From positions 1-10,695 of the forward strand of contig QZJY01000057.1 in the NCBI GenBank assembly GCA_003597995.1: DNA of 10,695 nucleotides, given 5' to 3'. Each line of letters starts with the position of its first letter. Within the stretch, counting starts at the first letter, position 1. Below are positions 6,272-10,695 of this stretch, one piece after another. Made by a program: the position numbers and the translations under genes. Under the pieces are notes generated by a model. It saw only the letters and a program-made list of their open reading frames with translations, searched no databases and was not told where the DNA came from. Source of the DNA: Dehalococcoidia bacterium (GTDB taxonomy: Bacteria; Chloroflexota; Dehalococcoidia; Dehalococcoidales; UBA1222).

Positions 6272-6458
6272 AAGTCACCTCAAGCACTTCGACATCCACA
6301 CGTCGATACGGGATGCCGGGCGTGTTATTGCCGCATTTGTAGCAGAAGAACGCGGTGTCCTGCATCGTGTGCACGAGGCCCACCTTGCAACGTGTGCACA
6401 GATAAATCGTGTCCGGCACGGACATCATGCGATGTTCGGCGTAGTGCGGCATTGTCAT
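6192..6458 (-). CDS. Small Zn-ribbon protein of 88 aa from the internal ATG; function unknown.
   Basis: This is track ORF 6192..6569. The ATG at 6456-6458 forms an ATGA overlap with the Dcd-like gene's TGA stop (6455-6457). The protein reads MTMPHYAEHRMMSVPDTIYLCTRCKVGLVHTMQDTAFFCYKCGNN..., with a CxxC...CxxC motif and a basic C-terminal tail. Its last 80 nt overlap the RuvC N-terminus in another frame. In that overlap the third-position GC is lower for this frame than for the RuvC frame. Confidence 0.5.
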   Translation of the reverse strand: MTMPHYAEHRMMSVPDTIYLCTRCKVGLVHTMQDTAFFCYKCGNNTPGIPYRRVDVEVLEVTYGQAAGQQPARKQRRPKLPSRHRRRG

Positions 6459-6967
6459 GGGCGTGCTAGCTGCGCCGTTGCTGCCCCTTGGTAACGGCCG
6501 TTGTAGGGGTTGCGGGCAAGGCTGGAGAGCCGGTGGACGACCACCTGTGCGAACCGCAGCCCAGGCCAAAGGGGCAGTTGATGATAGCGCGTCTCATTCT
6601 TAATTTCCATCGTCCCAATGCCGTCCCACCCCGGGTCAAACCAAAAGGCCACGGTATGATTCCAGCCTTCACGGGCCCGGCTGGACTTCATCTTCAACTC
6701 CAGCGCATACCCGTTCGGTACGTGGAGCCACTCCCATGTTGACGTAAGGAGGAATGCCCCGGGGTCAACAAGAAACGGTTTCTCCTCACTGTACCCCGCA
6801 AGCGAGTGCGGCTCCCATCCGGGGACACGCCCGGGCTTTTCTACCCAAGCGTCAGTACCAATGCGGATGTCAACCGATGCGGGATTTACAAGCTTCCGGT
6901 CTTCGTCGGGCGCCTTGGGAAACAGCACAGGAAACAGGTCGTCCAGCTCCCGATCACTTAGAGGCAT
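6455..6967 (-). CDS. dcd: dCTP-deaminase-family protein (dUTPase superfamily), possibly a bifunctional dCTP deaminase/dUTPase.
   Basis: The 170-aa protein reads MPLSDRELDDLFP...VNPASVDIRIGTD, which compares with E. coli Dcd MRLCDRDIEAW...VDVRLGN. It also has KMKSSRAREGW (Ser/Arg motif), FDPGWDGIGTMEIKNE (the Dcd-type DPGWxG motif plus the catalytic Glu) and GLRFAQVV. The ATG at 6965-6967 overlaps the Rad50-like gene's TAA stop by 10 nt. Confidence 0.8.
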   Translation of the reverse strand: MPLSDRELDDLFPVLFPKAPDEDRKLVNPASVDIRIGTDAWVEKPGRVPGWEPHSLAGYSEEKPFLVDPGAFLLTSTWEWLHVPNGYALELKMKSSRAREGWNHTVAFWFDPGWDGIGTMEIKNETRYHQLPLWPGLRFAQVVVHRLSSLARNPYNGRYQGAATAQLARP

Positions 6968-8703
6968 TCGACCTCCGCTTCGCCTTGGGAACGTGTCACA
7001 CGCACCACACGGGCACCGGGAAACAGCGCCTTCTGGTCCTGATTGTGTGTAATCACAAATACGGTTACACCGTTGTGGACTTCTTCATGGAGCATGTCAA
7101 TGATAGCGCGCATCCCCGTAGGATCAATACCGCTGAGGCATTCGTCTAAGACTAACAGGTTCACCGGTTCAGGCATGCGCCACCGGGCTAGGGCCCGCAG
7201 CGCCCACGCGATGATGAGATTTACTCGTTCCTTTTCGCCCCGGCTCAGCCCCTCGTACGTCGGGGCACTGGCCCCGCTGATGCGAATGAGGTCTTCATTG
7301 CGGCTGGTGCGAAGCGAGTTAAACTCAACGTGAATTGTGCCGCCAGTCAGCCGGCGACTGACGGCGGCGGCGGTGCGGTTGAGCACCGGCAATGCTTGTG
7401 CAAAGAGATAGGCTTGCAGGCCGTCGCGGCCAAACTCCTTAACCCAAAACGTCGCCCGTTCCAACAGCGTCGTCTTGAGGCTCAGTTCAGTCTTTGCTTC
7501 CCGCAACGCGGCGTCGGCGCGCTCCACCTGTTCGGCGGCGAGTCGGCGATGCGCGGCCTGTTCCTCCTGCTGTCGATGAATCTCCCGCATTTGGTGTTCA
7601 AGGGCATCTTGCCCCTGCGCCGCGGTTTCCAACCGGCGGTAGTCCTGCTCGGCGGCCTGTAGCGCGGCCTGTAGCTTTGCGGCCTGCTCGGTCGTGTGTT
7701 GGGCCTGCTCAGCGGCCTCCGCGCGATCGGCATGCAAGCCCGCCAGCCGACGTTCACTAGCTTTCCGCTGCTTTTTCAACTCCGCAACATTGTCGAACGG
7801 TCGCTTGCAGGTAGGGCAAGCAGTTGAGAAGTCCTGCGCGGCCAGGGAGCGTATTTCCCCGTCCAGACGGTGAACGGTTGCGAGACGTGTATTCGCCTCT
7901 TGCTGGGCCTTGTCGTAGGCGGCCTTACGCACCCGACAAGAGAGTTCGCTCTTAGTCAAGAGGCTCTGCGCGTGTTTCGCTTGCCGTAGTCGTTCCTCAA
8001 GCCGCTCTAGGGCGGCTTCGTAATCGTACGTAGCGGCAGCGCGCACGTGCGCAAGGAAACGCTCCGCCTCGACATGCACCGCCTCCCGTTCCCGTACGAC
8101 CGCCGCGGCGGTGGCCCGCTCCTTCTCGAGGGACGCGGCGTGTTTTGCGGCCAGGGCTGCCGCCTCATTCAATTCGCCTAGCTTGAGCACGGCCTCCAGC
8201 ACGGCCATCTGCCCGGAGAAGCCGGCCTGTGCAAGCGTCGATTCGCCGCTGAGCACGACCGCGGCGCAAAGGGTGGCATAATCGAGACCAAACAGGGCCT
8301 CCGTGTCACGGGCGCGCACGGCCGCATCCCGTGACAGCGGCACCCCCTGCTCTTCAAGTGTAGAAATTACAAGACTCGGGTGACCCTTGGCCGTGCGGGC
8401 GCGACGCAGGCGGACAACGGCCCCCGAATCAAGTTGAATAAGCTCCTCGACGTCGGCGCCGCGTAGGGGGTGGGCGGCGTCGTCGGTAACTGCTCGATTG
8501 CCGTACCGGACCATCTTACCGAAGAGGGCCCACAGAAGCGTTTCGACGATAACGAGCGACTTTCCAGCGCCGTTACTATCCGCGGCGCCGGGGGTGTCGA
8601 GGTTGACGCCCTCGACGAGAACAATTCCGGGGCGGTTAAGTGGAAGGGTGACCGGGCGGCGGATCCGGTTGAAGCTGTGGATCCGATGTTCGAGGAACTT
8701 CAC
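6958..8703 (-). CDS. Rad50/SbcC-like ATPase of the SMC-type ABC family, with a zinc hook.
   Basis: The 581-aa protein has an SbcC-like N-terminus (MKFLEHRIHSFNRIRRPVTLPL...DSNGAGKS, Walker A). A long Ala/Glu/Arg-rich coiled coil follows, with a central CPTC hook (DFSTACPTCKRPFDN). The C-terminus carries the signature motif (LSRGEKERV), Walker B (LLVLDECLSGID) and an H-loop (VFVITHN). The start is GTG at 8701-8703. Confidence 0.85.
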   Translation of the reverse strand: MKFLEHRIHSFNRIRRPVTLPLNRPGIVLVEGVNLDTPGAADSNGAGKSLVIVETLLWALFGKMVRYGNRAVTDDAAHPLRGADVEELIQLDSGAVVRLRRARTAKGHPSLVISTLEEQGVPLSRDAAVRARDTEALFGLDYATLCAAVVLSGESTLAQAGFSGQMAVLEAVLKLGELNEAAALAAKHAASLEKERATAAAVVREREAVHVEAERFLAHVRAAATYDYEAALERLEERLRQAKHAQSLLTKSELSCRVRKAAYDKAQQEANTRLATVHRLDGEIRSLAAQDFSTACPTCKRPFDNVAELKKQRKASERRLAGLHADRAEAAEQAQHTTEQAAKLQAALQAAEQDYRRLETAAQGQDALEHQMREIHRQQEEQAAHRRLAAEQVERADAALREAKTELSLKTTLLERATFWVKEFGRDGLQAYLFAQALPVLNRTAAAVSRRLTGGTIHVEFNSLRTSRNEDLIRISGASAPTYEGLSRGEKERVNLIIAWALRALARWRMPEPVNLLVLDECLSGIDPTGMRAIIDMLHEEVHNGVTVFVITHNQDQKALFPGARVVRVTRSQGEAEVECL

Positions 8704-9172
8704 GCTCGCGAAGTTCCCGTAGTGTGTCGCGCAAGAAGGTATACCGACACACTGCGCACGGCGTCACGTCGGGAAGGTCTAAGCGACACGGTTCCTTGAG
8801 CCCATTGGATGCGACCAGCCGCAAACAGTGTAGTCGTGAGTCAGGCGCGGGGCGCGTCGCAGCAATAAGAATCCTATCCACGAGGGCGTAGGCTTTCTTT
8901 GCTTCCACTGACCACATTAGATTGGACGCCGCCATCTCGTCGTAGCGCGCCTTAGTCAGCGGCGGTTCCTGGTACTCCAGGTGGATAGGGCTGGCGGGCT
9001 TAGGGGGGCAACTGGGGCAACGGACCTGGGTGCGGCGCGTGACCGTAAATCGCTTCCACCAGCCGCTCGGTGCCGCCCGCACCGGCTTTACTGTGCCGCA
9101 CACTTCACACGTCAGGGCATCGCGGTACCAGCGGTCCTTATATTGATGCCACGTTGCACGTGTTGAAGTCAT
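8636..9172 (-). CDS. Hypothetical 178-aa protein with Cys pairs (Zn-ribbon-like) and a Trp-rich N-terminus.
   Basis: The ATG at 9170-9172 is preceded by GGATGG about 4 nt upstream. The protein reads MTSTRATWHQYKDRWYRDALTCEVCGTVKP...VRCPSCPP, with a further CAVC motif. Its C-terminal 68 nt overlap the Rad50-like start in another frame. Third-position GC is moderate, about 60%. Confidence 0.5.
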   Translation of the reverse strand: MTSTRATWHQYKDRWYRDALTCEVCGTVKPVRAAPSGWWKRFTVTRRTQVRCPSCPPKPASPIHLEYQEPPLTKARYDEMAASNLMWSVEAKKAYALVDRILIAATRPAPDSRLHCLRLVASNGLKEPCRLDLPDVTPCAVCRYTFLRDTLRELREREVPRTSDPQLQPDPPPGHPST

Positions 9173-9299
9173 TCGTCACATCAATCCATCCAGGGTTGCT
9201 TGCGGCCTGTCCGGCGCCGTTCCTGAGTAAGAGCGAGGTATACCGAGCCGATGGCATAAGCCCGTGACGGCCTGCGCGTTACCCAACGCCAAATACTTC
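9173..9299 (-). promoter_or_regulatory. 127-bp intergenic region, the only substantial noncoding gap in the window. Probable transcription boundary, either promoter or terminator.
   Basis: No ORF is supported in this stretch. It lies between the 91-aa gene and the 178-aa gene in an otherwise gap-free array. I could not identify a convincing -35/-10 pair or a terminator hairpin by eye. Confidence 0.2.
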
Positions 9300-9575
9300 T
9301 TACGACGTGGATGCCTGCTCTCCCTGCGCTGTGACAGTCATTGCTCCCCGAAGCGCGAGGTAGGAGATGACGCGCCCCAACGTCCACTCCGGACCCAGCT
9401 GTTCGGCCACGGTGCGCAGGTCGGCCAAGACCGCGACCGGCAGGTCCACCCGCACCGCAGGGTCCAGGAAATCAGCTAGCTCTCCCGGCTCGACATCCAG
9501 ATCCTTCAAGACCGTTTTACAGAAGTGCGGCCAATCTTTTGGAAACTGTGTTGCGACGAGTTTCAGCTTGCCCAT
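9300..9575 (-). CDS. Hypothetical 91-aa protein.
   Basis: This is track ORF 9300..9578, which begins with GTG. The second codon is an ATG at 9573-9575 that overlaps the Mre11-like gene's TGA stop (9575-9577) by 1 nt, a TGATG junction. The protein reads MGKLKLVATQFPKDWPHFCKTVLKDLDVEPGELADFLDPAVRVDLPVAVLADLRTVAEQLGPEW.... I recognised no family. Confidence 0.5.
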   Translation of the reverse strand: MGKLKLVATQFPKDWPHFCKTVLKDLDVEPGELADFLDPAVRVDLPVAVLADLRTVAEQLGPEWTLGRVISYLALRGAMTVTAQGEQASTS

Positions 9576-10606
9576 CACCTGCTGGCCTGCCGGTAAAGGT
9601 ACATGCCCAATTCCACCATCTGCGCCTGCTCATCTGCACTGAGTTCAGGGCATTTTGCCCGAACGCGCTGCCGGAGCAACTCTTCCGAGATCGCCTGCCC
9701 CCCGGCCAACGCTGTCATAATCGATTTCTCTACCTCTGGCACAATCTCTGCGGGCAGCGGCACGGCGTCCAGCCAGCCCAAGCCTTTCGCTGCGTGCTGT
9801 GCTTCTTCCAACTTCTCCTTCGGCACGGCCACGATGCGCAAGTAACCGCCTTCTGGGGGCGCGACGGGAAGCTTCGGCCACTTCGATGTGACGAATACGG
9901 GGGCGGTAAAGGTTACCCGTTCGTACCCGTGGTCGTCAATCAGCACCCCCCCGCGGGAACCGACGTCCCCGAAGTCGAAGTGCATCGGGGCCCCCACGTA
10001 AACCACGCGATAGTTCCGCTGCACAGAGGGCTTGTGCACGTGGTTAAAGAACACCCGGGGGAAGCGGCCCAGCTCACCCAACTTCAGGGGCGCCTCCAGC
10101 CAGTAGTCGGATTCCAGCTCTACCCCTTCGGCGGCGTAGTGACTAAAGACCATGAATTCACTCTCGGCGGCGTCAAAGGCTTTGACCATCACTGCCGGAT
10201 CTGGGTGGAAGGGAATAAAGGTGGCCACGCCACCTAAAATGTCGATCTGTTCGGCCTGTTCGACGAGGGTCGTATTCGGTAGGTGTTTGAGTGGATACAG
10301 CGCGTGCTCTACACCATCCTCGAAATCGTGATTGCCCGGCACGATGATCGTTTCCACTACTCGTTCGGTTAACCGCTCCAGCGCCCGGTAAATGGCATTG
10401 TAGAGCCGGAAGCTAATAAAGTGCCGGCGGTGAAAGATGTCCCCACCCAACACGAGCGTTTCCACATCTCGTCCAACCAGTATGCGCTCCACCTGTCCCA
10501 GCACGTTGAGTAGGTCGTTGACCCGTGTGGGCAGACCATTCACATCTAGCCGGCTGTACGGCCAGTTCCAGTTCGCGTGCAGGTCCCCAATATTGAGGAT
10601 CTTCAA
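9575..10606 (-). CDS. Mre11/SbcD-like calcineurin-type phosphoesterase (DNA repair nuclease).
   Basis: The 343-aa protein has an N-terminus typical of SbcD (MKILNIGDLHANW, motif I GDxH), then GGDIFH (motifs II/III), GNHD (motif IV) and later His residues. The start is TTG at 10604-10606, overlapping the upstream gene's TGA stop (10603-10605). Confidence 0.85.
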   Translation of the reverse strand: MKILNIGDLHANWNWPYSRLDVNGLPTRVNDLLNVLGQVERILVGRDVETLVLGGDIFHRRHFISFRLYNAIYRALERLTERVVETIIVPGNHDFEDGVEHALYPLKHLPNTTLVEQAEQIDILGGVATFIPFHPDPAVMVKAFDAAESEFMVFSHYAAEGVELESDYWLEAPLKLGELGRFPRVFFNHVHKPSVQRNYRVVYVGAPMHFDFGDVGSRGGVLIDDHGYERVTFTAPVFVTSKWPKLPVAPPEGGYLRIVAVPKEKLEEAQHAAKGLGWLDAVPLPAEIVPEVEKSIMTALAGGQAISEELLRQRVRAKCPELSADEQAQMVELGMYLYRQASR

Positions 10607-10695
10607 TGCAGTACGGGGGCCCGGCCGACGGTCAGCCGATACAGCATCTCGGGCAGCAGGGGGATCAGGTGCAGAAGTTGTGCAAACTGCTGTTC
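10603..10695 (-). CDS. 3' end of an upstream gene, a partial C-terminus.
   Basis: The minus-strand frame is open from the window edge to TGA at 10603-10605 and encodes ...EQQFAQLLHLIPLLPEMLYRLTVGRAPVLH. Its stop overlaps the Mre11-like TTG start. Confidence 0.4.
   Translation of the reverse strand, partial: EQQFAQLLHLIPLLPEMLYRLTVGRAPVLH

Noticed and set aside
6958-8703. SMC-like ATPase as the core of an anti-phage defence system of the Lamassu, Wadjet or Gabija type.
   Set aside because: A Mre11/SbcD-type nuclease is present in the same array. The Rad50-type CPTC hook and signature motifs, and the replication and recombination neighbours (RuvC, Dcd, TS), fit a viral recombination-dependent-replication module better. 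This is not formally excluded.
9237-9244. Perfect 8-bp palindrome GGTATACC in the intergenic region, considered as an operator.
   Set aside because: An 8-bp palindrome is expected many times by chance in 10.7 kb. It has no flanking symmetry and no partner site.

Overview
GC-rich window (about 60% GC by eye). It is almost entirely coding, and every supportable gene lies on the minus strand, so transcription runs from high to low coordinates. Genes are packed with short overlaps or gaps under 10 nt. Several stop/start junctions overlap in the way typical of translational coupling: 6455-6458, 9573-9578 and 10603-10606. Many starts are GTG or TTG. The only sizeable noncoding stretches are 9173..9299 and 1223..1467. 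This layout is typical of a phage or prophage replication and nucleotide-metabolism module. No tRNA, rRNA, CRISPR array, integrase or transposase was found.

Gene order on the minus strand, from high to low coordinate:
- partial upstream gene (10603..10695)
- Mre11/SbcD-like calcineurin-type nuclease
- 91-aa hypothetical
- 127-bp gap
- 178-aa Cys-pair (Zn-ribbon-like) protein
- Rad50/SbcC-like ATPase with a CPTC zinc hook
- dCTP-deaminase-family protein (dUTPase superfamily)
- small Zn-ribbon protein
- RuvC-like resolvase
- divergent thymidylate-synthase-family enzyme
- orphan 314-aa protein with a GHGGGGGGGK loop
- NfeD-like membrane protein
- FloT-type flotillin
- possible 58-aa ORF
- P-loop kinase
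- small basic protein
- second, paralogous P-loop kinase running off the window start

Two things stand out. First, a candidate pyrimidine modification or hypermodification module: the Dcd-like gene, the divergent TS-like gene, the orphan 314-aa gene and the tandem P-loop kinases. Second, a canonical bacterial nfeD-floT membrane-microdomain operon embedded in this virus-like DNA-metabolism array. All plus-strand ORFs in the track look like antisense artefacts.

Caveat: around 3500-3606 my base-by-base reading and the ORF-track coordinates disagreed by 1 nt and I could not resolve why. I treated the ORF-track coordinates as authoritative there.
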